DNA of 63,670 nt, filler included, from Octopus bimaculoides (Eukaryota): assembly GCF_001194135.2 (NCBI RefSeq). It is 11 parts of 8 records of this genome, joined end to end, with 100 filler letters (N's around TTAATTAATTAA, not from the genome) between each part and the next. Parts side by side here need not be neighbours in the genome. Positions count along the whole stretch, not along the records: positions 26,938 to 40,393 come from NC_068989.1; positions 40,494 to 42,127 come from NC_068988.1; positions 42,228 to 49,267 come from NC_068981.1; positions 49,368 to 53,048 come from NW_026341614.1; 7 more parts are not named here. One strand, 5' to 3'. Below the pieces are notes generated by a model, which was not told where the DNA came from, ran no database searches, and saw only the letters and a program-made list of their open reading frames with translations. Below, one piece after another: positions 36,326 through 50,524 of this stretch (position 1 is the first letter of the stretch; each line of letters starts with the position of its first letter). The position numbers and the translations under genes were made by a program.

Positions 36326-36829
36326 AAGAAAAAAATTAAAGTAAAAATTAGACGTAAAATATTTCTTGCAAGTAGAGCGGACCACTTAGACGTTGTTTTA
36401 ATCAACTATTGACGGATGAAAGATAACACCAACTCGGCCAGTCGTGAAAATGCAAAACTGAATTAAACAACAAGCTATACTACGCGTTGCTCTACAGATT
36501 TTTTCATTCATTACCTTTTAGCAAGTACAACAGCGATTTGTAATATTAATACAAGGCTACAAGATGTTGGACTGATTGTAATCGATTAAATAGCTCAGCA
36601 ATGTTTATTTCAGTCCTGGGAATATTGAAAGGTAAAATTGTGCGCTCAAAACGTAAAAGGAAATGTATAAATACAATAAAACAGATTGTCCAGCTCATTA
36701 CCAAAGAAACTGTTAGTTATATTGGTCTACTACTTTATCAAAATTCTTGGATGGTCCACCAATATGCTAAAAATAACAGCAAATTCCACTCAAATTGCTC
36801 ACCTTCATCTTAAAATAGTTCTTATTGTG

Positions 36830-37380
36830 TAATGTAGACTTTACTATGACGGAAAAAATGTCTACGAGACACCACCTGCTCTGAGGCATGATATAGTTGC
36901 AAAGACTGTTTACAATGCTATCTGCAGAAAGGATTACTCTGAAGTATGCATCAAAGGCATGTCAGAACCAGCAGGTATTCACATTTTTTAAAACAAGGAA
37001 TACTGGTCGAACACCCCGATAAAAACATCAACTTGGTGCAAGCATAACAGACCTGATATTGTTCTATGGGACAGGGAATGAAAATCATTCACTGATGTAG
37101 AGGTCAGATGCTCGGCGGAGGTGAATGTACAATCAAAAGTCTTGGGAAAAGAGAATATTTATGGCGAATTAATGCGGAACGTACAGCTCTTGTACTCTGA
37201 TTATGAATTCTGGTTTGTACCTACAATCATAGGTGCATTAGGTTATGTACAAGCAAATTTGTACAAAAATCTAGAAATACTCGGCTTCACAGAGAAGAGC
37301 AAAAGAAACTGACGCGAATTTTCCAAGTTCAATCTATTAGTGGCACACTGAAGATTTGTAAGACATTCCAATAATTCTCC
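36830..37380 (+). mobile_element. REL-endonuclease LINE C-terminus (R4/Dong/NeSL-like)
   Basis: RHDIVAKTVYNAICRKD, KHNRPDIVLWD, KENIYGELMRNVQLLYSDYEFWFVPTIIGALGYV. Confidence 0.85.
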
Positions 37381-37617
37381 ACCTGAGATTCTTATGTGAA
37401 TAGATGCACACACTTGGGTGTATTCATCGACAGTTCAACCAACTTACCAACTCAACCACATATTTGCAGCACATGAAACTCTCTTAACTAAAAGTCTTCT
37501 CGCTTTGTTATCGACCGGTTTCAATTCTCTGAAGATCATAAAACTCAAAAGTAAAATATGTAAGCATACATTAATGCATACATACATAAATACATATATG
37601 CATGCATTCATAAATAC

Positions 37618-37659
<42 letters not shown>

Positions 37660-37661
<2 letters not shown>

Positions 37662-37863
37662 TGGGATCCTGGGATATGTAACAGACTGCCTAAATACCAA
37701 TCTTGAGAAATTAGGCTTCTCAAAACCAGAAAGGAGAAAGCTGATTCGAAGACTACAGATCCAATCCATCACTAGAACTGTAAAAATCTGTAAAACTTTC
37801 CAGAAGTTTATCATTTAAGTATATATGAGCATATCTAGATATGCAACTATATGCATGAGAAGA
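37660..37863 (+). mobile_element. 5'-truncated 3' end of a related REL LINE embedded in (TACA)n
   Basis: ILGYVTDCLNTNLEKLGFSKPERRKLIRRLQIQSIT.TVKICKTFQKFII*, with (CATA)n on both sides. Confidence 0.8.
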
Positions 37864-38713
37864 CATACATACATACATACATACATACATACAAAAATAC
37901 CCCGTTGATGTTGAAATTCCAATAAAGGAGCCTTGGAATTAGGTTAGAAACTGGTCCTTTCTCTACTGGCAAAAAATCTTGAAATAAAACTGAATCTGTA
38001 CATATGCATACATGCATACATGCATATATACATACATACATACATACATACTCACATATAGACATACATACATACATACATACATACGTACATACATATA
38101 GACAGACATACATACACATCGCAATCCCTTCTCATCTCCCATCTTGACATTCGTCTTCTCCAGCTCTTTATCATATGTAGATAACGTCATTTTCAATTAG
38201 AAACACTGCGACTTCATACATTTTTTCTGAACGCATTCTCCTTTCCTTTAGACGGATCAGCAATTTGAGTGAATTTTAGGTTCCAGAATTTCAGTACTCT
38301 TGCCTCTACCTGCATCCACAAGGTACCTCATGCTGGCTCCCTCTCTCGTTCTAATATCGGTCTTTTCATCTATAACATTACTTACCTGCTGCCCACCCCT
38401 CGTCTACTTTCCACATCTCTGATCGCTTTACATCCACTGACATCTCTGTAGTTTATTTTATATGACAGAAACTGATAAAGTGTTAGCCGATCGTTTTAGG
38501 CAGCCAACATTTCTTAGATTTCCAACAAAATAGCGTTGGATCATTTTAGTCAGCCGCTTGCCATTTCAAGCCGCCGCACCGACCTTTATCTTATGGTCTC
38601 TTCTGTTTCCATCACAAACAACAGTTGAATTTCTGCTTATGAAAAGACGCCAGTCGAAATATCAGCAATCCCCTTGTTTTCCTCTAACCAACACACACAC
38701 ACACTCTCTCCCC

Positions 38714-38753
<40 letters not shown>

Positions 38754-38834
38754 NNNNNNNNNNNNNNNNNNNNNNNNNNNNNNNNNNNNNNNNNNNNNNN
38801 NNNNNNNNNNNNNNNNNNNNNNNNNNNNNNNNNN

Positions 38835-38906
<72 letters not shown>

Positions 38907-40133
38907 ACATACACACACATACAAATACACGCACGTAAACATCCAGAATATTCATCACCCTCATCTCTCACGCGTTATACACGATGTTTTGCTTACATCT
39001 AAAAACACTTGATGCCTATCTATTTATTAAGTATACATTTTATTTTGTCGATATCTCATGCATCCTATTATATCATTTACAGCATAAATCCTATTGTATC
39101 AACATCATACTAGCTCATATATACGCAATTACGCTTCTTATGTCAGTATCACCTGAATCGTTTTTACCCTTACCTTCAATTTCTACACTCTCTTCTCAAG
39201 CACATTTACAAAACTGCTCCTACATTCAGAAACCACTTACACCCGTAAGCTTTCATTTTGTTGTTATTTAACAAGCTGCTTTTAACAAGCACTTTTTTCT
39301 ATAACAAGATGTTTAATTAGAAGTAAATTTCCTCTCTTGTCCACCGATGTTGACAAGAGACAACCTATCCGAAAACTCGATATTTCTTCCCTTTTATTCA
39401 CAGTGTAATAGGTTGATATTTTTACTATTGCTTGTTCTTGATATTTTGAGGAGTTTGGGAGAAAGGGTTGTTTTGTTTTGTTTTTTTTTTGTTTTTTTAT
39501 TTATCTGTTTTCGCTTTCTTTTTTTATTTTATCGTTGTGGATATTTCTATTTCTGCAATGACGGAAATTAAATCTGAGGATTACATGAATACTGGATTTC
39601 GAATTCTGAAGAGAGCTGTTTAAAGTTTGGTATCAAAAAAGTTTCAGCTGCTCAAACAATCAAACAATGATTGCGATAAGGGATATACACAAACAATAGT
39701 GCTCACACACACATACATATGCACATATGACAGACGTAAATTTAGATTAACACACACATACACAAACACATATATACTCACAGAACCTATTTCATTTACA
39801 ACATGGCTGATTGTGAGATATTTTCCAAGACGGCAATAAAGCATTACAGAGACAAAATATAAATAACAATGTATTTGTATTCCAGAATATTCGATAAAAT
39901 TTGCAGTTTGCAAAAGTACTGAATGAAAATTTATTTCAATGCGGAAAAATAAAAATCAACAAATGCAGAATTGAATTGACTTAACATAAAACTAGTTCTC
40001 TCGCAGTTTGTCGGTTTCAGAAGGTACAAAAATAAAACTCCGAATAGCAGTATTTGGTTTTGATACCAATGAGTCTCAAAAGAAGCTACTTTGCTCGTTG
40101 CGAATCAGTGACCGATGGTCGCTTTGTTTACAA

Positions 40134-40235
40134 TATATTGCTAGCTGGAGTGAACCCTGGCAATCTCTCTGGCGACGAGGTGCTCGCAACTGCAGATGAG
40201 CCAACCAGCTCGAAACTAAGTCAGTCTTGCTGTTA
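40134..40235 (+). mobile_element. Probable Penelope-like terminal-repeat remnant with a degenerate hammerhead (40186-40230)
   Basis: C(A)GAUGA-GAGC-like stem II (GAGC CAACCA GCUC)-GAAA-CUAAGUC. The upstream 40 nt resemble 60964-61010, next to a Penelope ORF remnant. Confidence 0.5.
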
Positions 40236-40518
40236 GATGATGGTAGAGGCTCGCTCCCCTGCTAGAAATATATATGTATGTACAGAGTGCAGGCTGCACC
40301 GATAACCAGCTGGCGGAAAATCTGCCTGAGGTTAAACTAGTAGAAACATGGAACAACCACTTTAATGTGGCGATTAACTTGACTGATATATATNNNNNNN
40401 NNNNNNNNNNNNNNNNNNNNNNNNNNNNNNNNNNNNNTTAATTAATTAANNNNNNNNNNNNNNNNNNNNNNNNNNNNNNNNNNNNNNNNNNNNAGATATA
40501 TACATACATATATATGCG

Positions 40519-40563
<45 letters not shown>

Positions 40564-40696
40564 ACATATATATATATATTACACACATACATACATATTT
40601 ATATATGTGAAATAATTCACATTCAGTTGATTTAGGTCCTTAAGATGAAGTACCAAGTCAAAGCGGCATTATCCGTACAGCTCAAAGTAAGATGAA

Positions 40697-41305
40697 TAAA
40701 ATCAAAATAAGCAATAGAATAACAAGAAGTAATGCAGCAAGACCTTTTCAAGCGTCTCCATTTAATTGAACAATGCAATCATTACATCAATTTTAATGCA
40801 GGGCTATCCTCAGCTGCACAAATAAATAAATAGAATTTTAATCAGTCGGACACATTGATATATTTTTATTCAAATACTTTAATAGAGCAAGAAGATAGAA
40901 AAATCCGTATTGTCGCTATTGTAGTTAAGAATATACTACACTTCCAAGAAATGTATGAAGTTTGTTGGGGTCATAGCTTGTAAAAGAATGTGGTTCATTT
41001 TTAATATATTAGTCTTTTTATCGACTACTAAATTTAAGGCTAGAAGACTGTGTCTGTTTAGAATGCAGGGCATGAGTGCTACAATTGCGACAAAATGGAT
41101 TTTTTCTATCTTCTTGCACTATTAGAGAATTTGAGTAAAATTATATTATTGTGTCCGACTGATTAAAATTCTATTTATTTAATTGTGCAGCTGAGGATAG
41201 CCCTGCATTTAAATTGATGTAATGATTGCATTGTTCAATTAAATAGAGGCGCTTGAAACGGTCATACTGCATCACTTCTTGATATCCTGTTGCTTCTTTT
41301 GATTT
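40697..41305. mobile_element. Fold-back/MITE-like element with about 230-bp inverted arms (40697-40924, 41079-41305)
   Basis: Arms are colinear reverse complements with a near-identical core of about 100 bp. Confidence 0.85.
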
Positions 41306-41939
41306 CTATTTATATACGAGAGTACACACATACATACACACATTCAGACATACACATATATACACAAACAGAGGCAGGTAGGCAAACAGACGAACAGGCT
41401 CTGTGTAACAGCTTAGTCAGACGAAATAAATTTAATTAAATTTTTTTTTTTATATATATAGTCAAACTTCAAAGCCAACGCCTGCCTAAGGTTTATATTT
41501 TTTCTTCCGTTAACCTTTTCGTTCCAAGAACATTTGGCAACAGAAATCTTCTTGGAACCTCACATTTTACCTTTCTTTATTGACAAAAATTGTAAGAAGA
41601 AACGGTTCTTTTGAAAATGTTTTACTTTTCAACAGTTTCCCTTTCAACCCTTTATCTTAATTCATTCATATCAGTTTTATACAGTAGATATCCTATTGCT
41701 ACAGTGGGCGACAGATTGTGTATATGTATGCTGATCAATACTAATATATTGCACATCACACACATACACACACACACACNNNNNNNNNNCACTCCACACA
41801 AGCTTACTTACATACGTCTATATCTATTTCTCTACGCATCTATCTATGTGTGTATGTGTGTGTGTGTATACACAGAAAACAATATTATGTCACCATCAAC
41901 CTTGGCACAGAAGTACCGGAGAATGATATTCCTGTAATG

Positions 41940-42115
41940 CAATGGTTCCCAACCTGGTGTTCGTGGAACCCTAGTGGTCCGCAAATGTAGTGCTCAGCGT
42001 CCGTGAATTAAATTCAAAATTTCATATATCTACATATATACATATACATAAGGGTAAACATATTAAAAGGGATCCGTGAGAAAACTTATCTAAATAAAAG
42101 GGTTGGGAAAGACTG
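41940..42115. mobile_element. Non-autonomous hAT (Charlie/Buster-type) MITE
   Basis: Imperfect TIRs caatggttcccaacc / gggttgggaaagactg; no clear TSD. Confidence 0.6.
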
Positions 42116-42319
42116 TAAAAAGTTTGANNNNNNNNNNNNNNNNNNNNNNNNNNNNNNNNNNNNNNNNNNNNTTAATTAATTAANNNNNNNNNNNNNNNNN
42201 NNNNNNNNNNNNNNNNNNNNNNNNNNNCAAATGCAAGTGGTATTTTCCTTGTTACTACTTGCCTCTGTCTCTCTTGTTTACTCTTGTGAGTTCGAGGTCG
42301 TTGTGAATTCTTGGTAGGG

Positions 42320-42417
42320 AAGAAGAAGAAGAAGAAGAAGAAGAAGAAGAAGAAGAAGAAGAAGAAGAAGAAGAAGAAGAAGAAGAAGAAGAAGAAGAAG
42401 AAGAAGAAGAAGAAGAA
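42320..42417. repeat. (GAA)n microsatellite
   Basis: Direct inspection. Confidence 0.98.
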
Positions 42418-43895
42418 TATATATATATCACAAAATCTATAAAAGTCGAAGCAAATTGTTAGCATTTTGATGATTTAATAATTGACTATATTATCTTATA
42501 TTATTGGATTGTCAATTGCACAACTCACTCAATATATATGTTATGTAAACGCCAACAAAAATATTAATATTCTGCACAGTACCTCACTCTAAACAACCAT
42601 CTTACAATAAAAGCACTCTTACTTGCAGCACATATTCAACACAATCCCCACCCCATTACAAACTACAAATCACAATCCAACGTTAAAGCTTCTATGAGCT
42701 TGCTAGCTATATTAGAAGTAACAGCCTAATCGTGTTCAAATGAATGTCTAGCATCTTGAAAAAGATGCACTGTACGATGTCATCCGAGATGTATTTTAAC
42801 TCAGTCTTTTGATCCTGTAACGCTTTGATCAGAGCTTATCTGTGGCTAAACAACAATGTAAATCACACGGCACATTTTACACAATCACAACGAAATAAAT
42901 TGACAAGATTCAATGAATATATATTCTACAAAGATATTGATGCACAGAAATCAATGAAGCATACCACTACAACAGTGCAAAGCAGACGCATTGTACATCA
43001 CGATACAAAACAAAATGAAAATGTAGCAGACTGCTGTGCATGAAGGAGATGAATTCCGCGGAAATTGTATAAAGTTGCTATCAATCTCACAAATTAACAA
43101 GCAAAAAGAAGTAAATGAACGTGATTAAGAATTTATGAAAGTGAAGTTCTTGGAACTGGGTTTTTAGAAATATACCAGAAGGGTTTCTGGCATGGCATTG
43201 TTTGGGAAATACAGCACTAATTTAATGGCTAATTTAATGAATCTGATCAAATTAATTCTACATGTGTGTAGTATTTCAGGCATGTATATATTATTTGTTA
43301 CAGAGGCAGCAGTGTTTTGTTTAAATTCATAAAAATTTAGTTGCATTCAAATAACCTGTCACAAAAGGATATAGTCATACATCGTCAAAATACACACATT
43401 GCTATAGCAATATTTCACTTTTTTTAAAGGCATTGATTAGGATTTCTTGCAGTATATGTTCTGTCTCCTCCTGCACACCATAAGTTGAGGTCAGAATGTA
43501 AAGACGACCGAAATGCCGCTACGTATTTCGCCAGAGCGCAAATGCTCTTGCCAGCTCGCCGCTTGCAGCAAATAAGAAATATATTAACAATAAGATTATG
43601 TACGAATAATAAAATTGCATCTTATATATTATTGTAAAGTTAAAGTGCGCAAGAAGCAAAAATAAGAAAACAGAAATAGAGAGGTTTTAAAATATTAATA
43701 TAAAAGTAATTTCTGTATTCTATATATAAAATATCGAGAAAGTATTAAAGAAAATAGACAGTGTCTAACAAAGCAATTCTCGGCCCTCATATTTGTGGCA
43801 ATTGTCCGCTTATTGAACCCCATAAACTCTGGTATTTTTGCTTCCGTTTTCTCACATTATGCCTTCAAATTTATATGTCTTGTGCATGCGCTTAA

Positions 43896-43896
<1 letters not shown>

Positions 43897-43953
<57 letters not shown>

Positions 43954-43987
43954 TGATAGATAGAAATAGACAGACAGATAGACAGAC

Positions 43988-44043
<56 letters not shown>
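43897..44043. repeat. (GATA)n/(GACA)n microsatellite
   Basis: Direct inspection. Confidence 0.98.
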
Positions 44044-44044
<1 letters not shown>

Positions 44045-44799
44045 TATGATGTGTTCATTAGTATTTCTCTGTATATACACGTGCATTCGGTCTCGCACAT
44101 ATTTCACCAAATTTTTTTGTGTTCGAGTGTGTGTATATGTGTGTGTATGTCTCTGTGTGTGTACGCGCATGCTTGTGTGTGCGCGCGCATGCCTATCTCT
44201 TTTCTTCGTATGTGTGCCTGCATAATTAATGTAGGTGTATGTTACATCGCATAGTTTCTCCTATGAATTGGTAAACTTATCAGTAAGTGTACGGGAAGTA
44301 ATTTCATGCAAAAGAGCTTGATTGTAGGAGCATTAAGTTTTACAATACACTGGGCTTTTGTAGCTCTATCCCCGCCACACACATACAGAAATACGACTTG
44401 AGAATTTCATCTGTATAGAGATAATGATGATGACTCGTATCTAAATTCTAATATTTAGTTCCAATTTAGTTCCAATAGTAATATATTACTATATTAATTC
44501 TCTACGTCAGTTAAGTAATCATCAATTAAGAACACAACGAAGTAAGATAATACATTCTGCTCAACTATTAAACAAAATGGCATTTTATGAAATGTTACAA
44601 TAATACTTTAGAGTCTGAAATTCATATATCAATATATCTATACCAAATAATGTATTAGGTTAATCTCACGTTATCAAATAAAACAAAACGATATTCGAAT
44701 GAATAGAAACAATGATGGAGCAATGAAAAATAGAAACTAACAATAACACGACACGACACACACATACACACATATATATACATATACATACACGTTTTT

Positions 44800-45250
44800 C
44801 CCTAACCCACCTACCAGCCTGTCTCGTTCCCCTGCTCTCACCCACGCTGCTGCACTTGCCCCTACCTCTCCAACACCACCATCCTCACAAACACCCATCA
44901 ACGTCCCTATCACTTCACCGACTCCTTTACCTGCACTTCTAGTGATGTCATTTACTGCATCTCCTGCTCTATCTCTGTCATTCCCTGTACATCGGTCAAA
45001 CGCAACGCCGCTTGGCTCGCCCGTTCGCGAATCACCTATGAGACATCAGACTCGGCAATGGCACCTCGGTCTCAGGCCATTTCCGCTCTTCTGGTCATTT
45101 GCTACAACATCTGTCCATGTTTGGATAGATTATTATTGCACAGGAGCCACCTAGAATCCTGCTTTCGCCGTGAACCGGGATTAATCCTCTCTCTTGACTC
45201 CTTTGCACATTTGGGCTCAATTCACCTCCATTTTTCATCTCACACCAACC
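44800..45250 (+). mobile_element. Penelope-like GIY-YIG endonuclease remnant
   Basis: FTDSFTCTSSDVIYCISC...LYIGQTQRRL..PFANHL.DIRLGNGTSVSGHF. Confidence 0.85.
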
Positions 45251-45869
45251 TCACCTATTCTCCTCATTTGACACTAAACTCATCACTCCACACACACTAG
45301 CGCTGGCCACTTCGCAGCACCAACACCACACACCATATTCCATAGCCGTACTACACATACCACTATATGAGCAGCTACACACTCTTTTTAAATCAGTACA
45401 CACATCACGCACCATCACGCACACTCCCACACAAGCACATAATACCTGAACACAGGCTATATATACATATACACGCAACATGCATTTAAACGCGCAACAT
45501 ACATATGCAGAGATAACATTCACCCACATACATACACCATACATATGCACACTGTTTGGTCATAGACACACATACCACGTGAAAAAGCACACATTAACTG
45601 CTAAACACAACACACACGCGTTACACACGCACTTACGCTACACACACATACGCTACACACACACACGCCAGAGTTGTTCGCCCTTATTCAGACATACACA
45701 CCTACACACACCTACACACACCATTCTCACGTACACATACACCCATGTTGGGATCACTAGCACTATTATTTTTTCCCTTTCATTCAACCTCTTCTTTTAC
45801 TATTATCTCCTATTCTTACAACCCCTTTTTTCCAATCATTCGCCATGCTAAACCGCTGAACTCTACACG

Positions 45870-46860
45870 TTTTCTTCATTCTCTCTCTGTTTGTTTTTGA
45901 AGTACGAAAGGAAAGAAGTGATTAGACGGTAAGGTCAGGAAGTTGGAGGAGTGAGTGAGCAGGGTATCAGATACGAAGACATAGAAGTAGAGAGTTGGGG
46001 GTGAGTGGGAGGGGTTGTGATGGGTTGTCTTACGAAGCGCGATTGTTGTTGATGGGTTGGCAACAGCTGTTAAATTTTCGGGATAGTGAGGCTACAGAAG
46101 TGAAAAAGTAAAATTAGAATACTGAGAGAAGGGAAGGCCGATCGAGGGAATTGATCTAGCAACAGATATAAGAAAAGTGGTGAAGGGGGGATTCGAAGAA
46201 TAAAGTTGGATTAGCGGTGGGGGGGGAAAGCACTGAAATATGTACAAAGGTATGAGAATAGAGATAGACAGAAAGGAGGGATAGGTTGGTATCAAAGGTA
46301 AGGGGTAGGTAATGCTAAGTGGTTCTCATTGAAGAAGGAGCTAGGAAGAAAAGAGGAAGGAATTCGAAGGAAGATGGGGGGCATTAAAGGAAGATATGCT
46401 GGGTAAGTGGAATGTGAAAAGATAGTCATAAGCAGGAACATATAATAGGTCTGGTAAGAGGAATGTGCAAAGGTTATCATAAGAAGAAGCACAAAATAAA
46501 TAAAAAATTGAGGGGGTGGTAATTGTAGAAGAGATAAGTTGTTAGTACTGCGAAATTGTAGCATAAGGTTATATCGTAATTAGGGAATTACATGAAGTTA
46601 GCATAATGAGCAAATGATGAGTCAACTTTGTGTTTACATGAAAGGATTACAGCAGAATATATATTAAATAATGAAGGTTCGTGGTTGCGAAGGATGGCGA
46701 GGGATTCTTTTAAACAAAGTTTACAAACTCGGAGGTTAGCGTTGTAGGAGGGAGCCTCACAGATAATGCACCAAGATATATTTTGATATTTGAGAGCGTG
46801 TATGTGGGTTGCTAATGGGGGTGATAATTTAGAAGTTCCTTTGGAGAAAGAATTCATGCG
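45870..46860 (-). mobile_element. Penelope-like GIY-YIG C-terminus (46588-46857) plus probable 3' region
   Basis: LATHIHALK..NISWCIICEAPSYNANLRVCKLCLKESLAIL...CKHK. Confidence 0.75.
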
Positions 46861-47482
46861 TTCTCAGTTGCGGCACTTGAGTATATATATGTGTCTGTGT
46901 GTGTGTGTGTATGCGTATGTGTGTGTATGCATGTATATACATATGTATATGCATGCATTTATAAATATATATATATATAAGATCGGANNNNNNNNNNNNN
47001 NNNNNNNNNNNNNNNNNNNNNNNNNATATATATATATATATATACATACATATATAGATATAAACATAAGATGTATATATACATATATATGCATATGCGT
47101 GTGCGTGTGCGTGTGTGTGCATGTGTATGTGTTTGTGTGTGTGAGTGTAAAGTCATAAATGACAGAAATATGTGGGTGAAATTTATTCAACAATACTTAA
47201 ATTCTAATATCGCGAGAAATTATTTCGCAACTTAAAAACATGTATATGATTTATATTATTATATTTCATAATAAATAAATTACTTACATACCTGCATTAA
47301 TTCAAAATGCAAAAAAATCCTTCAAAATTATGTCCTCATTTATGACTTTATAGACTCCTCATCCTTTCCTGTTATATCGTTCTATATATACTCGATATTT
47401 TGTAAAATGATAAAGAAGCTTTATGAGTACAACTGGAGTGCTTGAATTCATATATTGTGACTTAAATATAGACACACACACG

Positions 47483-47543
<61 letters not shown>

Positions 47544-49123
47544 NNNNNNNNNNNNNNNNNNNNNNNNNNNNNNNNNNNNNNNNNNNNNNNNNNNNNNNNN
47601 NNNNNNNNNNNNNNNNNNNNNNNNNNNNNNNNNNNNNNNNNNNNNNNNNNNNNNNNNNNNNNNNNNNNNNNNNNNNNNNNNNNNNNNNNNNNNNNNNNNN
47701 NNNNNNNNNNNNNNNNNNNNNNNNNNNNNNNNNNNNNNNNNNNNNNNNNNNNNNNNNNNNNNNNNNNNNNNNNNNNNNNNNNNNNNNNNNNNNNNNNNNN
47801 NNNNNNNNNNNNNNNNNNNNNNNNNNNNNNNNNNNNNNNNNNNNNNNNNNNNNNNNNNNNNNNNNNNNNNNNNNNNNNNNNNNNNNNNNNNNNNNNNNNN
47901 NNNNNNNNNNNNNNNNNNNNNNNNNNNNNNNNNNNNNNNNNNNNNNNNNNNNNNNNNNNNNNNNNNNNNNNNNNNNNNNNNNNNNNNNNNNNNNNNNNNN
48001 NNNNNNNNNNNNNNNNNNNNNNNNNNNNNNNNNNNNNNNNNNNNNNNNNNNNTATATATATATATATATATATATATGATTATATATATATATATATATA
48101 TGTTTATAAACTCAAACACGAGTCTTATATAAACTTGAAACCTTAATGCGAAAACCGGAAACAAAAATATTGGCGTTTATGAGGTTCAATAAGCGGACAA
48201 TTAGATTATTAGATTTGACTGGAATACATTCCAATGTTTGCAGGCAGATGGAGATCCATGACGAAATACTTGCTATTGTAACTAAAATAGAATGAATCAT
48301 AACCAAATATTTAATATAAGCCTTCTATTTATTAAATCGTTTCAATGTCTCAAATTTGATTCAGACCCCCCAAACAGTGGTAGAGGATACACTCAGTGGA
48401 GCAATTCCCTATATAATTGATATGGAAGTATGAATTCTAGACGAACTTGAACTCAGAATGCAAGATAAATTCTGCACATTATTTGATCTACTACTATATC
48501 ATCAGTCTTATTAAATATTAATGAAAATGTTAATCATAATAATGAAATAGAAATTATAATAACCATAACAGCAAAATTATAGGCAACGCGTACGCTCTGT
48601 CTCGCTATATCGATCATCACCTCGTTAACCTTCTCTCTCCCTGTCTCTCTCTCTTTCTAGCTTTCAATGTCTCACACCAACACGTAGATTTGCAGCCGCG
48701 TACGTATGTGTGCTTGTGTATTTTAATACTTGCATATGTGCGTCTATTTAATCAGCTAAGATTTATTTTAATGTTATGCTCTAGCATCAGTAATTACAAA
48801 GAAATATGATGTCTAGGAAGAGTCATTAAAAAATATATTCGTTGAATAATGGTGTAAACCTGTTAATATCCAAACATGGCAAAGAAAAATATCCTCAAAA
48901 CTGTTACAACTCATCATTAGCGGCGAGAATGTAAATTGCAGATATATTTTGCAACCGTATCATTAATCGCATGATATATTTTTATATGATTTTTCTTCTA
49001 ATTATTTGGCTTCTCTTTATATAACGACTAGTTTACTGGGTGTAAGGTCCTTCGTTGTACACAGGACCTTATAGTTATGTCTCCCCACAAATGGAACGCC
49101 TGAAGTCCACCACTAACTTTCAG

Positions 49124-49157
<34 letters not shown>

Positions 49158-49267
49158 CAATGTTAATTCTCTAAATGAAGTATTAACAGTAACTGCACGA
49201 TAAAGTGTAGTATATTGCCACTTAAGTGTGGCTGACCCCTAGGGGTGGATGTTACTGTTGCTTTTAG
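49158..49267 (-). mobile_element. Copy of the short element seen at 18830-18948, truncated by a join linker
   Basis: caatgttaa...taacagtaactgcacga...gtggctgacccct...gttactgttgcttttag. Confidence 0.85.
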
Positions 49268-49559
49268 NNNNNNNNNNNNNNNNNNNNNNNNNNNNNNNNN
49301 NNNNNNNNNNNTTAATTAATTAANNNNNNNNNNNNNNNNNNNNNNNNNNNNNNNNNNNNNNNNNNNNTCGACTTTAATCTTTAGTTCAGTTGACAAACGG
49401 AATTATCTCGTTCAGCTTGAAAGATGCGAATAATAAAAAAAAAAAACTTGGAGTAGTATCGGTGACATTTTTAGTTAACACTTTACAAAAATATATAAAT
49501 GCAAACATGTATGTATGTATGTATGTATGTATGTATGTATGTATGTATGTATGTATGTA

Positions 49560-49594
<35 letters not shown>

Positions 49595-49595
49595 T

Positions 49596-49643
<48 letters not shown>

Positions 49644-49814
49644 GCTATCTAGCTATCTATCTGTCTATCAGTTTGTCTATCTGTCTGTCTGTCTGTCTAG
49701 CTATATATATAGGTCTTTATGTGTGCGTGTGTGTTTGTGTGCATGCGTATACATACATATATACATGCACACACACATATAAAGATATATACATACGTAT
49801 ATTCATATGTATTA

Positions 49815-49876
<62 letters not shown>

Positions 49877-50470
49877 NNNNNNNNNNNNNNNNNNNNNNNN
49901 NNNNNNNNNNNNNNNNNNNNNNNNNNNNNNNNNNNNNNNNNNNNNNNNNNNNNNNNNNNNNNNNNNNNNNNNNNNNNNNNNNNNNNNNNNNNNNNNNNNN
50001 NNNNNNNNNNNNNNNNNNNNNNNNNNNNNNNNNNNNNNNNNNNNNNNNNNNNNNNNNNNNNNNNNNNNNNNNNNNNNNNNNNNNNNNNNNNNNNNNNNNN
50101 NNNNNNNNNNNNNNNNNNNNNNNNNNNNNNNNNNNNNNNNNNNNNNNNNNNNNNNNNNNNNNNNNNNNNNNNNNNNNNNNNNNNNNNNNNNNNNNNNNNN
50201 NNNNNNNNNNNNNNNNNNNNNNNNNNNNNNNNNNNNNNNNNNNNNNNNNNNNNNNNNNNNNNNNNNNNNNNNNNNNNNNNNNNNNNTGTGTAAATATATT
50301 CATATATATTATATATATACGCATATATATATATTCATACATATATACATATATGTATATTCATGTATATATATATGTATATGAATATATGCACATGTAT
50401 CAATATATGAATATAAGTATATGTGTATATGTGCGTGTATATATATGTATGTATGCATCTATGCACACAC

Positions 50471-50524
<54 letters not shown>

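Noticed and set aside
38386-38445. Minus-strand 60-nt exon candidate with a gtaagt donor
   Set aside because: The acceptor lacks a pyrimidine tract, it lies upstream of the inferred TATA promoter, and the peptide is unrecognisable.
43800-48205. Inverted match aattgtccgcttattgaacc.cataaac at about 43800 (+) and 48170-48205 (-)
   Set aside because: A short dispersed repeat 4.3 kb apart, with nothing suggesting a shared element or function.
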